Positions 37,604-46,940 of a stretch of DNA of 64,000 nucleotides are shown here, in pieces. The position numbers were made by a program, and so were the translations under genes. This stretch comes from an uncultured Candidatus Saccharibacteria bacterium (GTDB lineage Bacteria; Patescibacteriota; Minisyncoccia; Phycocordibacterales; PALSA-1337): NCBI GenBank assembly GCA_964357605.1, contig CAYHLX010000001.1, positions 5,159 through 69,158 on the forward strand, given 5' to 3'. Under the pieces are notes generated by a model. The model made no database searches. It was not told the origin of the DNA and saw nothing but the letters and a program-made list of their open reading frames with translations. The stretch's first letter is position 1, and each line of letters opens with the position of its first letter.

Positions 37604-37984
37604 ATGACAACATCAACACTATCTTTTTTTATCGCCCTTGTAGGTATTGTGGGCATGATCAGTCTCAAAGCTTTTGAGATCAAAAGAGGTAAGAAGCTCA
37701 TCTTCTCCAGATTAGCAGAAAAAACTGACCACTTTGTCCAGAGAATCTATAATGCTGTTAGAGTTTTTATTTCTCATCTAAACAAACACAATGCTATTGC
37801 TTTGGTTCAGTGGATTGCTTATCATATTCTTTCTTGGCTTAGAAAAATCTACATACATCTCCATACCAAGGCTCATGCCCATCCTCATTCAAAGAAGGTT
37901 ATTGATATGGTGAGGGGCAAAGGCGAATTACCTAGAAGTGGAGGGGCATCCTTTTATCTCAAGAGGATTTCAGAAGAAAATTAG
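37604..37984 (+). CDS. Hypothetical membrane protein
   Basis: N-terminal TM 'LSFFIALVGIVGMISL'. No recognisable domain. Confidence 0.4.
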   Translation: MTTSTLSFFIALVGIVGMISLKAFEIKRGKKLIFSRLAEKTDHFVQRIYNAVRVFISHLNKHNAIALVQWIAYHILSWLRKIYIHLHTKAHAHPHSKKVIDMVRGKGELPRSGGASFYLKRISEEN

Positions 37985-38020
37985 ACAGGAAAGTAAAATA
38001 TTGCTAGTATTTTTGTTACC

Positions 38021-38093
38021 GCCACCTTAGCTCAGTTGGTAGAGCATCCGATTTGTAATCGGACGGTCGTCAGTTCAAGTCTGACAGGTGGCT
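38021..38093 (+). tRNA. tRNA-Thr (anticodon TGT)
   Basis: Manual cloverleaf: acceptor gccacct/aggtggc, D stem gctc/gagc, anticodon stem tccga/tcgga with loop ttTGTaa, T stem gtcag/ctgac with loop ttcaagt, 5-nt variable loop. No encoded CCA. Confidence 0.8.
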
Positions 38094-38152
38094 CAAGAAT
38101 GAGGGTTGTTGTGTAGCAAACACCCTGTGACTTTTAAGGAAGTTTTGTATAT

Positions 38153-38584
38153 ATGAGTTTTGTAACAAATAGAAAATGCATAGGCTGTAATAAGTCTCTT
38201 TTAACACGGAGCCAGCTTAAGTATTGTTCCCAACAATGCCAAGCTACAACAAAATATTATAAATCCATAGAAGAATGGAAATTCGGAATAAAAAATGGAT
38301 CACTTGGAATACAGACGAGAATAATATCCTCTTTTTTACGTAGATACTTATTTGAAAAGTATAAAAACAAGTGTTCCCAGTGCGGCTGGAATGAAAAGAA
38401 TCTAGTTTCAGGAAAAATTCCCCTAGAAGTTGATCATATTGATGGTAATTCTGAGAATAATTCGGAGGAAAATCTAAGACTCCTTTGTCCAAACTGCCAT
38501 TCCTTGACCCCGTATTTCAGAAATTTAAATAAAGGAAAAGGAAGACGATGGAGGATGAAAAATATTCAGAAGAGGATTAATTAA
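38153..38584 (+). CDS. HNH endonuclease
   Basis: N-terminal Cys4 'CIGCNKSL...CSQQC'. HNH core 'CSQCGWN...LEVDHIDGNSENNSEENLRLLCPNCH'. It lies immediately 3' of the tRNA gene. Confidence 0.8.
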   Translation: MSFVTNRKCIGCNKSLLTRSQLKYCSQQCQATTKYYKSIEEWKFGIKNGSLGIQTRIISSFLRRYLFEKYKNKCSQCGWNEKNLVSGKIPLEVDHIDGNSENNSEENLRLLCPNCHSLTPYFRNLNKGKGRRWRMKNIQKRIN

Positions 38585-38627
38585 AATTATAACTTTTTTT
38601 AAATGTATTTTAGTGTAAAATGTAAGT

Positions 38628-39068
38628 ATGGACTACAAAATTGGAAAGGATTTGACACAAGAAGCCCCACGAAGCCCAAAAGTGATGCTCGGAGGTTATG
38701 TTATCCTTGCACGCACACTCGATAAATGCCGTGCCTCTATATGGGGCAAGCTCGGAGAGTATGAATTTGATTGCGAACTTGATAACTATCTTTTTAATTT
38801 TAAAGGTTTAAAAGGAGAAGATTTTAAGAAGTTTGTTTCAGAAGGGTACCTTGATGAAGAGATATTAGACTGGGTTAATAAAAATGGAATTAAAAGAACA
38901 GATAAGGAAATTTCAGAATGGACTAAAAAACAGATGAAGCATAATTATGCTGATGATAAAGAAGGTAAAGAATGGTTGCGAGGTAAAAATAAAAAATTAG
39001 GTCTCCCTTTAGATGGAACTTTATTTGATTATCTAGAAGCAGATGACAAAGCTAGTTTTACTAGGTAG
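38628..39068 (+). CDS. Hypothetical protein (conserved DUF-type)
   Basis: 146 aa, 'LGGYVILARTLDKCRASIWGKLGEYEFDCELDNYLFNF'. No function recognised. Confidence 0.4.
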   Translation: MDYKIGKDLTQEAPRSPKVMLGGYVILARTLDKCRASIWGKLGEYEFDCELDNYLFNFKGLKGEDFKKFVSEGYLDEEILDWVNKNGIKRTDKEISEWTKKQMKHNYADDKEGKEWLRGKNKKLGLPLDGTLFDYLEADDKASFTR

Positions 39069-39079
39069 TTTTCTACTGT

Positions 39080-40213
39080 TTATCTTATTGTAGCCCTGAA
39101 GTTTTTTGTCGTAGCTTTTTCTATCTTCTTATGTAAGGCGTTTGTTTCGTCGTTTGTAAGCGTTCTATCCAGTGATCTATATGTAATGCGGTATGCATAG
39201 CTAACATTACCTTTGCCGAGCTTATTTTCATTTTCATACTTATCAATGAGATGAACCTCTTCGATGAGATCCGGTACTAATTCACGCACGAGATCAAAAT
39301 AGTCATTTGGGATAAAGGTATTTGGCACGATGAAAGAGATATCTCTTACTACTGCTGGATACTTACTGACTTCTACAAATTTTTGGCCAAGCTTGAGTTG
39401 TTTGGTAACTCGTGGGTCTTCTGACCACAATAGGCGGATGTCAGGAAGTTGCATGCTGATAATAGCCAGTCTTTCTAAACCAAAGCCGAAAGCCCAGCCA
39501 TTGTAGCCTTCCACTCCAAAATCTTTTAGAACTATCGGACGGGGTAGGCCACCTCCGAGGATTTCGATCCACTGACCACTGATTTCTACTTCTACCTCAA
39601 GGGATGGATCTGTGTAGGGGAAGGTGTCAACATTGAATCTAAATTTAGTCTCTTTGCCGAAAATACTCTGCACGATTTCAGAAAGGACAGCTTTGAGATC
39701 ATCTAAGACAACGGCTTTCTTATCATTTGGTACGAGGTAAAGCCCTCCCATTTGGTGGAAGATGTTCATATGATGACGATCGATCTCATCTTTTCGGTAA
39801 ACTTTTCCATAACACATCACTCCAACAGATTCTCTCTTGGCGATTTTCTTTTTTATTTCTGGAAGGTTGAGAAAGTAGTACCACATCACGGTATCGTGGG
39901 TACGAAGCACATTTTTGGAATCGATATAGTAAGTATCAGATTTACTGCGAGCGGGATGATCTGTAGCAAAGTTGAAAAGGTCAAAAAGAATATCGGTTCC
40001 AATTACTTCAGGAATATCAATATCATCAAAATCCTTAAGCAGAGGAAGAGAAGTGACTCTCTTCATAATCTCATTTAATGGACTACCAGGGGTTCTAGAG
40101 AGGTCTGGCATAGCCAGGTATCGTTTGATACGTTGGGCCTCTATATCCTCGCGTTTATTGAATTCAGTAAGAAGAGCTTTTTCTTCATCACGTGGAATAA
40201 TATAGTTTTTCAT
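39080..40213 (-). CDS. pheS: Single-chain (mitochondrial-type) phenylalanine--tRNA ligase: PheS-like class II catalytic core fused to a C-terminal FDX-ACB anticodon-binding domain
   Basis: 'FNFATDHPARSKSDTYYI' (motif 2 / HPAR) and 'GWAFGFGLERLAIISMQLPDIRLLWSEDPR' (motif 3). The C-terminus 'KYPAVVRDISFIVP...NDYFDLVRELVPDLIEEVHLIDKY...YRITYRSLDRTLTNDETNALHKKIE' closely resembles the FDX-ACB domain of mitochondrial PheRS. Start set to ATG 40213; the track ORF start at 40501 would overlap gyrB. Confidence 0.8.
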   Translation of the reverse strand: MKNYIIPRDEEKALLTEFNKREDIEAQRIKRYLAMPDLSRTPGSPLNEIMKRVTSLPLLKDFDDIDIPEVIGTDILFDLFNFATDHPARSKSDTYYIDSKNVLRTHDTVMWYYFLNLPEIKKKIAKRESVGVMCYGKVYRKDEIDRHHMNIFHQMGGLYLVPNDKKAVVLDDLKAVLSEIVQSIFGKETKFRFNVDTFPYTDPSLEVEVEISGQWIEILGGGLPRPIVLKDFGVEGYNGWAFGFGLERLAIISMQLPDIRLLWSEDPRVTKQLKLGQKFVEVSKYPAVVRDISFIVPNTFIPNDYFDLVRELVPDLIEEVHLIDKYENENKLGKGNVSYAYRITYRSLDRTLTNDETNALHKKIEKATTKNFRATIR

Positions 40214-40321
40214 GGATGTAAGTGTAGATAAAAAGTGGATAAAAGGCAAGAAATCAGGTCGTTTTTGGGGTGTGCAATTTGTCTTTCTTTTTGATATAAT
40301 ACCTCTACAAAACACAACAAA

Positions 40322-42427
40322 ATGGCTAAAGAAAAAGACAATTACGGTGCCGATTCCATCCAAGTTCTCGAAGGCCTTGAGCCAGTGCGAAAGCGTCCTG
40401 GTATGTACATCGGTACCACTGGTCCCGATGGTCTTCATCATTTGATTACTGAGGTTTTTGACAACTCTCGTGATGAAGCTATGGGAGGTTTTGCTGATCA
40501 CATAGAAGTAGCTCTACTTCCTCATAATCGGGTGAGGGTGGTGGACAACGGGCGAGGTATACCTGTGGATATCCACAAGACAACTAAAGTCTCTGCTCTA
40601 GAGACTATTATGACCGTTCTTCATGCTGGAGGAAAGTTTGGAGGAGAAGGAAGTGGATACAAAGTTTCCGGAGGTCTTCATGGGGTGGGAGCTTCAGTCG
40701 TTAATGCTTTGTCCGTTTATACTCAAGTTTGGGTTTATAAAGATGGAGATATCTATACCCAAGAATACTCTCAAGGAAAGAAAAAAGCCGCTGTCAAAAA
40801 AATCGGAAAAACTAAAGCCAAAGGGACAATTGTTACTTTTGAACCAGATGAGATTATTTTTAAGGAAATTAAATTTGATTTTAATAAGGTGGTGCATTCT
40901 TTGCGTCAGCAGGCTTATCTAGTTAAAGCCTTACGCATTACCGTCATAGATGCCAGGGATTATGTAGGAGAGGAAATTCCTTTTGCTAAAGACGGCTCTC
41001 TAGATATAGAAGCGGAAATAACTTATTTAAGCCAACTCAATCTCCAAGTTCCTTCCCAAACTTTCTATTTCGAAAATGGACTAACTTCGTTGGTAAAATT
41101 TAATAATCAAATACTTAAACCAATACATAAAAATATCTTTTATGTCGAAAAGAAAGTGGAGGGAGTTGAGTCAGTTGAAATAGCCTTACAATATGCTGAT
41201 GACATTTCTGCTCGTATTTTGCCTTTTGCCAACAATATCTATAATCCCGAAGGAGGTACACATATCACTGGTTTCAAAACAGCTCTTACGAGAACACTTA
41301 ATACCTATGCTAAAAATAATAACCTAGCGAAAAACGGTGATGAGACATTTACCGGAGACGATGTGCTAGAAGGCCTCACTGCAGTTATTTCTGTCAAACT
41401 TCGTGAAATACAATTTGAAGGACAAACTAAAGCTAAATTGGGGTCAGTGGAAGCTCAAAGCGCGGTGGCCACAGTTTTTGGAGAAACCTTTGCGGCTTTT
41501 CTAGAAGAAAATCCAGATGATGCCAAAGCCATCATCACCAAAGTCGTTTTGGCGATGAAGGCGCGTAAAGCGGCCAAAGCGGCCAAGGACAGTGTTTTGA
41601 GAAAAGGGGCTCTCGAAGGTATGACTTTGCCAGGAAAGTTGGCGGATTGCCAATCAAACGATGCTTCAGAGTCTGAACTATTTATTGTGGAGGGAGATTC
41701 TGCGGGTGGTACCGCCAAAACTGGACGTGATCGACGTACTCAGGCCATCCTGCCATTGCGAGGAAAGATTTTGAATATTGAAAGAGCGAGACTTGACCGT
41801 ATGTTGGGTTCGGAGCAGATTAAAAATCTCGTTTTGGCTTTTGGTACGGCGATTGGAGATACTTTTGATATTTCCAAACTCCGTTACCACAAGATTATTC
41901 TAGCGACAGATGCTGACGTGGACGGAGCACACATTCGTACCTTGATTCTTACTTTGCTCTACAGATATTTTAAACCGCTGGTAGAAGGAGGATTTGTTTA
42001 TATTGCTCAACCACCACTTTATAAAGTGAAGAGAGGGAAGGAAGTGTTGTATTTTTATAACGAAGAAGAAAAAGTCAAAGCTCTTGGTAAGGATATTGGA
42101 AATGAAGAGGAGATTATTAATGACAATGAGGCGAGAGAACAACTTTTAGAGGCGGCGGAAGCTCCGGCTGATGAAGAAGAGGTGGAAGCTGAAACAAAAG
42201 GGAAGAAAGCTAAAATCGTCATACAGAGATATAAGGGTCTGGGAGAGATGAATGCCGAAGAGTTGTGGGAAACAACCATGGATCCGGAAAAGAGGATCTT
42301 AAAGCAGGTAAATATTGATGATGCTCAAGAGGCCGATAAGGTATTTGATATGCTCATGGGTACGGATGTGCCATCTAGAAAGATGTTCATCCAATCCAAC
42401 GCCAAGAAGGCCAATATTGACCTATAG
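40322..42427 (+). CDS. gyrB: DNA gyrase subunit B (or topoisomerase IV subunit B)
   Basis: 'YGADSIQVLEGLEPVRKRPGMYIGTTGPDGLHHLITEVFDNSRDEAMGG', 'LHGVGASVVNALS', Toprim 'LFIVEGDSAGGTAK' and 'ILATDADVDGAHIRTLILT'. Confidence 0.9.
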   Translation: MAKEKDNYGADSIQVLEGLEPVRKRPGMYIGTTGPDGLHHLITEVFDNSRDEAMGGFADHIEVALLPHNRVRVVDNGRGIPVDIHKTTKVSALETIMTVLHAGGKFGGEGSGYKVSGGLHGVGASVVNALSVYTQVWVYKDGDIYTQEYSQGKKKAAVKKIGKTKAKGTIVTFEPDEIIFKEIKFDFNKVVHSLRQQAYLVKALRITVIDARDYVGEEIPFAKDGSLDIEAEITYLSQLNLQVPSQTFYFENGLTSLVKFNNQILKPIHKNIFYVEKKVEGVESVEIALQYADDISARILPFANNIYNPEGGTHITGFKTALTRTLNTYAKNNNLAKNGDETFTGDDVLEGLTAVISVKLREIQFEGQTKAKLGSVEAQSAVATVFGETFAAFLEENPDDAKAIITKVVLAMKARKAAKAAKDSVLRKGALEGMTLPGKLADCQSNDASESELFIVEGDSAGGTAKTGRDRRTQAILPLRGKILNIERARLDRMLGSEQIKNLVLAFGTAIGDTFDISKLRYHKIILATDADVDGAHIRTLILTLLYRYFKPLVEGGFVYIAQPPLYKVKRGKEVLYFYNEEEKVKALGKDIGNEEEIINDNEAREQLLEAAEAPADEEEVEAETKGKKAKIVIQRYKGLGEMNAEELWETTMDPEKRILKQVNIDDAQEADKVFDMLMGTDVPSRKMFIQSNAKKANIDL

Positions 42428-42475
42428 GGCTCACCCCTTGACTTTTCTCTCAAAGTAGTATAGAATAGTGACATT

Positions 42476-43516
42476 ATGAATAAAAATAATGTTGCGATAA
42501 TAATTGTTGTAGTGGCTCTATTGAGCTCTATCTTTACGTTCTTTCCTGCAGAAGCCAAGGCTGACTACAGAGACTTCTATTCTACCTATAACTACAGTCA
42601 GTCTGGTTATCCTAACTATTCTTATGGATATTCTGGAACCAACTATTACGGAACAAGTTACAATTCCTATAACAGTGGGTATTATGGTGGTTATCCTACT
42701 CAGAGTAACTATCCTCTAATTGTCTCATGTTCTGCCAACCAGACCTTTGTCTCTACAGGTGCCAATATCACTTGGGTAGCCAATGTCTCTGGTGGTAACG
42801 GAGTTTACTCATTTAGTTGGAGTGGTACAGATGGTCTATACGGATCTCAAAGTACGGCTATCGCCAACTATCATGCTCCTGGGGTTAAAACTGCCAGTGT
42901 CTATGTAACATCTCTAGGTCAACAGAGAAGTGTTCAGTGTTCAAACACTGTGACAGTAGGGATTCCAAGTAATCTTGTCTATCCACCTCCTCCAATCTAT
43001 CAACAGACATTTATCAATAATCCAGTTCCAAATCAGCCTGTAGCTTCAAACAATATTCAAATCGCTTGTTTTGCAGATACCACAACTGCTAAAGTTGGTG
43101 TACCTGTGACTTGGGGTGTTGAAGCAACTGGTTCTGGTGAAAACTTCACTTATGCTTGGACTGGTTCCGACGGTTTGTCTGGAAATCAAGCCTCTCTAAT
43201 TACGACTTACGTTACTACTGGTAGAAAGAGTGCTGTAGTTACAGTTACCTCTGCCAATGGTAAGAGTCAGTCAAAGGCTTGCGGAAATACAGTCAATGTC
43301 ACGGGTGCTTACAAAGCAACTACTGTGACCAAGACTCCTGCAAAGCCTGCTGCTCCAGCCGTGCCAGTTGTTACTCCTCCAGCTCCGGATAATAGTCTTT
43401 CGGCCGCTACTCTCTTCTCACTTGAATATGTGCCATGGGGACTTGTCGCGGTACTTGTCATCCTCATCTTGTTTATCACCGTACTTTATCTTCTCTTCAA
43501 TAAGAAGAAGATATAA
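42476..43516 (+). CDS. Secreted protein with two Ig/PKD-like repeats and a C-terminal TM anchor
   Basis: Signal peptide and a Tyr/Ser/Asn-rich low-complexity stretch. Two about 90-aa repeats ('SCSANQTFVSTGANITWVANVSGGNGVYSFSWSGTDGL...' / 'IACFADTTTAKVGVPVTWGVEATGSGENFTYAWTGSDGL...'). C-terminal 'GLVAVLVILILFITVLYLLFNKKKI'. Confidence 0.5.
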   Translation: MNKNNVAIIIVVVALLSSIFTFFPAEAKADYRDFYSTYNYSQSGYPNYSYGYSGTNYYGTSYNSYNSGYYGGYPTQSNYPLIVSCSANQTFVSTGANITWVANVSGGNGVYSFSWSGTDGLYGSQSTAIANYHAPGVKTASVYVTSLGQQRSVQCSNTVTVGIPSNLVYPPPPIYQQTFINNPVPNQPVASNNIQIACFADTTTAKVGVPVTWGVEATGSGENFTYAWTGSDGLSGNQASLITTYVTTGRKSAVVTVTSANGKSQSKACGNTVNVTGAYKATTVTKTPAKPAAPAVPVVTPPAPDNSLSAATLFSLEYVPWGLVAVLVILILFITVLYLLFNKKKI

Positions 43517-43570
43517 GGTAAGAGTGTGACGGGTGTTGGCTCCAAATAAAAAGTCTAAATAAAATAATAG

Positions 43571-43601
43571 AAAAACTCCGGATCAAACCGGAGTTTTTCT
43601 T
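43571..43601. terminator. Bidirectional rho-independent terminator between convergent genes
   Basis: aaaaactccggatcaaaccggagtttttc: a 6-bp stem ctccgg/ccggag with an A-run 5' and a T-run 3'. Confidence 0.6.
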
Positions 43602-45342
43602 ATTTCTTTTCCTTTATTTCCTTAACCAACTTTTCTAGAACTTCTTCATTACTTAATTGACCGATCTGTCCGTGATCACGACTCTCTAGAGTGACCTTGC
43701 CAGCGTCGATGTCTTTATCTCCGATGATGATGAAGTAGGGAATATGTTCATTTTTTGCTTCTCTTACTTTTTTACCAAAATTATTTGGAGATAGATCGAT
43801 ATCCACTCTTATATCTATTTCTCTCATCTTTTCAAGAAGAGCAAAAGCCTTTTCATGATGAGTATCTCCAATAGGGATGATACGCGCTTGGACTGGTGAA
43901 AGCCAAAGAGGGAATTTTCCAGCAAAATGTTCTACGAGAATACCAATAAATCTTTCTAAAGATCCGTAAATTACTCGATGTATCACTACGGGCATTTTTC
44001 TCAAACCATCTTTGTCTGTATAGTGGAGATCAAATCGTTGTGGAAGTTGAAAATCGAGTTGCATCGTACCCATTTGCCAGTCTCGTCCTAGAGAATCCTT
44101 CATGACAATATCTATCTTAGGACCGTAGAAAGCTCCATCACCTTCCGCGATAACATAATCTTTTCCAGACTTAGCCAAAATTTCTTTCAACACCTTCTCT
44201 GCTCTATCCCAAGTCTCTATCTCTCCCAGAAAGCTTTTTGGTCGAGTTCCGAGTCTGAATTTGTATTCTAAATTAAATATTCCGTAAAATCTTTTACAAA
44301 TAGTCATGATATGCTCGTATTCGGAAGCAATCATGTCTTCAGAAATAAAATTATGAGAATCATCTTGCTGAAATGATCGACAACGTAAAAGTCCATTTAA
44401 AGTACCCGATCTCTCGTAGCGATGGAGGCGGTCTGTATCTGAGAGTCTGAGCGGAAGATCTCTATAGCTAATTTGCATCGAATCAAACACTACCATGGCA
44501 TTAGGACAATTCATGGGTTTTATTCCATACACTTCATTCTCTCCCATATTAGCAATAAACATATCTTCCTTGTAGTGGTCCCAGTGGCCTGATTTTTTCC
44601 ATAGCTCTGCTTTGTTTACTAGGGGGCTGCAGATTTCTTTATATCCCATCACCGCATGCTCCTTGCGCCAGTACTCCTCGAGTTCTTTGTAAAGAACCAA
44701 ACCTTTTGGTAGCCAATAGGGCATTCCAGGAGAAGTCTCGTGGAACATGAACAGTCCCAACTCCCTGCCTAGTTTTTTATGATCCCTTTTTTCGGCCTCG
44801 ATTCTCATGGCCTCATAATCATCCAACTCAAGCTTTGATCCAAAGGCTAGTCCATAGATGCGAGTGAGCATTTTATTCTCCTCACTGCCTCGCCAGTAGG
44901 CTCCAGCTACTCGGGAAAGTTTAAAGGAGTCATGAGGAATTTCTTTGGCGGGATTTTCGGCATGACCTCCGCGACAGAGGTCGGTGAAATTTCCACAGGT
45001 ATAGAGAGTAATTTTTTCTCCTTTGGCCACGATCTCTCCTATGAGTTCAAGTTTGTAAGGATTACCTTTAAAATGTTCCTTGGCTTCTTTCTCGCTCACT
45101 TCTTTGTGAGTAAATTTGGTCCAGGACTTGAGATGACTTTTCATTTTCTTTTCGATGGCAGGGAGGTCTTTGTCAGAAATTTTTACGTCGGCAGGGAATT
45201 CGAAATCATAATAGAAACCATCATCAATAGCCGGTCCGATGGTGTTTTTGGTTTCAGGATGCAATTCTAGAACCGCTGAAGCGAGTAAGTGGGCTAGAGT
45301 GTGGCGGATGTGGGAAAGTTGTTCTGGGGGTTGGGGGTTCAT
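43600..45342 (-). CDS. thrS: Threonine--tRNA ligase
   Basis: 'HIRHTLAHLLASAVLELHP' (second-additional/editing domain), class II core 'RVAGAYWRG' ... 'FYGPKIDI', and a C-terminal anticodon-binding domain. Start set to ATG 45342 ('MNPQPPEQ'); the track ORF begins at an upstream TTG. Confidence 0.9.
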   Translation of the reverse strand: MNPQPPEQLSHIRHTLAHLLASAVLELHPETKNTIGPAIDDGFYYDFEFPADVKISDKDLPAIEKKMKSHLKSWTKFTHKEVSEKEAKEHFKGNPYKLELIGEIVAKGEKITLYTCGNFTDLCRGGHAENPAKEIPHDSFKLSRVAGAYWRGSEENKMLTRIYGLAFGSKLELDDYEAMRIEAEKRDHKKLGRELGLFMFHETSPGMPYWLPKGLVLYKELEEYWRKEHAVMGYKEICSPLVNKAELWKKSGHWDHYKEDMFIANMGENEVYGIKPMNCPNAMVVFDSMQISYRDLPLRLSDTDRLHRYERSGTLNGLLRCRSFQQDDSHNFISEDMIASEYEHIMTICKRFYGIFNLEYKFRLGTRPKSFLGEIETWDRAEKVLKEILAKSGKDYVIAEGDGAFYGPKIDIVMKDSLGRDWQMGTMQLDFQLPQRFDLHYTDKDGLRKMPVVIHRVIYGSLERFIGILVEHFAGKFPLWLSPVQARIIPIGDTHHEKAFALLEKMREIDIRVDIDLSPNNFGKKVREAKNEHIPYFIIIGDKDIDAGKVTLESRDHGQIGQLSNEEVLEKLVKEIKEKK

Positions 45343-45471
45343 GGGTACTACTATATCATTGCTAAAATAAATAATAAAGAACGTAAATAACTTAAACAAT
45401 TTCTCTAAGATTGATTGCCACCACCAAAAGAAGTACAATTAAGCCAAATTAACATAACTTCCATAATAAAT

Positions 45472-46827
45472 ATGAGCAAATCAATATTCAAAGTTGGGGC
45501 AATAATTTTTTTCTTAATTTTTGTTTTAACAAGTAATCCAGGATCTGTACAAGCTTGCAGTCCAATTAACCTGACTTCTCAACAACAATTTGAAACAGCC
45601 GATGCTGTTTTTGTAGGACGAGTCTCATCTGTCACTACAAGTTCTGAAGGAGACACCAATATAGTCAAAGGATCAGTCGAAGTGGATAAATATTGGAAAG
45701 GTAGTCTGGATAGAAACGTAAGAATCACATCTTCTGGTATATATACATGTGCCCCTGGTTTTAGTGTAGGAGCTAATGGTGGTTACTATTTGATTTATGC
45801 AAATCGCAATGCTCAATCTGGAGATTACTATATTGGCATGATGGGAATGAAATTGGTTTCTAATGCCACTAACGAAATAGCTGCTCTAGGAATTGGCAGG
45901 GAAATTACTGTATCTACAGACTCATCTAAATTTAATAGAGATTTATCAGTAGGGGTGTCTGGATCCGATGTTTCCTCTCTCCAATCCTGGCTTATTGAAA
46001 ATGGATACGATATTCCATCTATCAGTTCTGGAGCTGCAGTACGTGGCTACTTTGGCTCACAGACGAGAGCTGCGGTGATAAGATACCAGGCAACAAACGG
46101 CATTCCAAATACGGGTTTTGTAGGACCTCTCACAAGGGGAAGATTGAATGAAAGGCGGCCAATCGACTCTCGTTCCCCAGTTATAAACGGAATTGATGCC
46201 CCCACGACCTTGAATGTAAATCAGACTGGAACCTGGACAGTGCGTGCAACTGATCCTCAAAACGGGACATTGAGCTATTCTGTTGACTGGGGAGAGATGC
46301 CATCATCTCAGGTGACTTGTCCGGCTGGTTACATTTGTACATCTAACGCTACCCCTCCTCCAGTTCAGCAAGGATCCACTTTCACTCACTCGTATTCTAT
46401 TCCAGGAACTCACATAGTCTGGTTTACCGTTAAAAATAGTGCCGGTCTAATAACTAGATCCAGTGTCACCGTGGTAGTAGGTGATACCAATGCTAATCCA
46501 CTAAGAGTTACTTCTCCGAATGGTGGAGAGACATGGCAGAGTAATGCAGTACGTCAGATTGCTTGGTCTGCTAATGCCAATACTTCTCTCGATCTTTACC
46601 TCGACCAGGCCGATATCTACTGCATCACCACTCCTTGTGGAAGTACGTATCTTCTTGATAGAAATATTGGAGTATCAACAATTTACAATTGGATAGTGGC
46701 TACCGACATAAGTAATGTGAGGATCCCAGATGGATCTTACCGAGTCCGTGTTTGTACGGCTGGTTCAACAACAAATTGCGACTCGAGCGATGCTTCTTTT
46801 AGGATTACTTCCACACTAACATACTAA
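45472..46827 (+). CDS. Secreted protein with a peptidoglycan-binding-like domain and Ig-like modules
   Basis: Signal peptide 'MSKSIFKVGAIIFFLIFVLTSNPGSVQA'. 'LSVGVSGSDVSSLQSWLIENGYDIP...YFGSQTRAAVIRYQATNGIPNTGFVGPLTRGRL' fits the PG_binding_1 pattern; compare 21969..23327. Start set to ATG 45472. Confidence 0.55.
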   Translation: MSKSIFKVGAIIFFLIFVLTSNPGSVQACSPINLTSQQQFETADAVFVGRVSSVTTSSEGDTNIVKGSVEVDKYWKGSLDRNVRITSSGIYTCAPGFSVGANGGYYLIYANRNAQSGDYYIGMMGMKLVSNATNEIAALGIGREITVSTDSSKFNRDLSVGVSGSDVSSLQSWLIENGYDIPSISSGAAVRGYFGSQTRAAVIRYQATNGIPNTGFVGPLTRGRLNERRPIDSRSPVINGIDAPTTLNVNQTGTWTVRATDPQNGTLSYSVDWGEMPSSQVTCPAGYICTSNATPPPVQQGSTFTHSYSIPGTHIVWFTVKNSAGLITRSSVTVVVGDTNANPLRVTSPNGGETWQSNAVRQIAWSANANTSLDLYLDQADIYCITTPCGSTYLLDRNIGVSTIYNWIVATDISNVRIPDGSYRVRVCTAGSTTNCDSSDASFRITSTLTY

Positions 46828-46940
46828 AAAATCATTTACATTTTCTAACTTCTATTTCTAAATAAAAAATCTTACAAAATATTTCCTAAAACAGCCCTTG
46901 AAAACTTACGTATTTTGTAGATAAAGGCGAAATAAAATTT

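Noticed and set aside
40214-40501. N-terminal extension of the PheRS ORF to 40501
   Set aside because: It would overlap the gyrB start by about 180 nt on the opposite strand. PheS homology begins at M40213.
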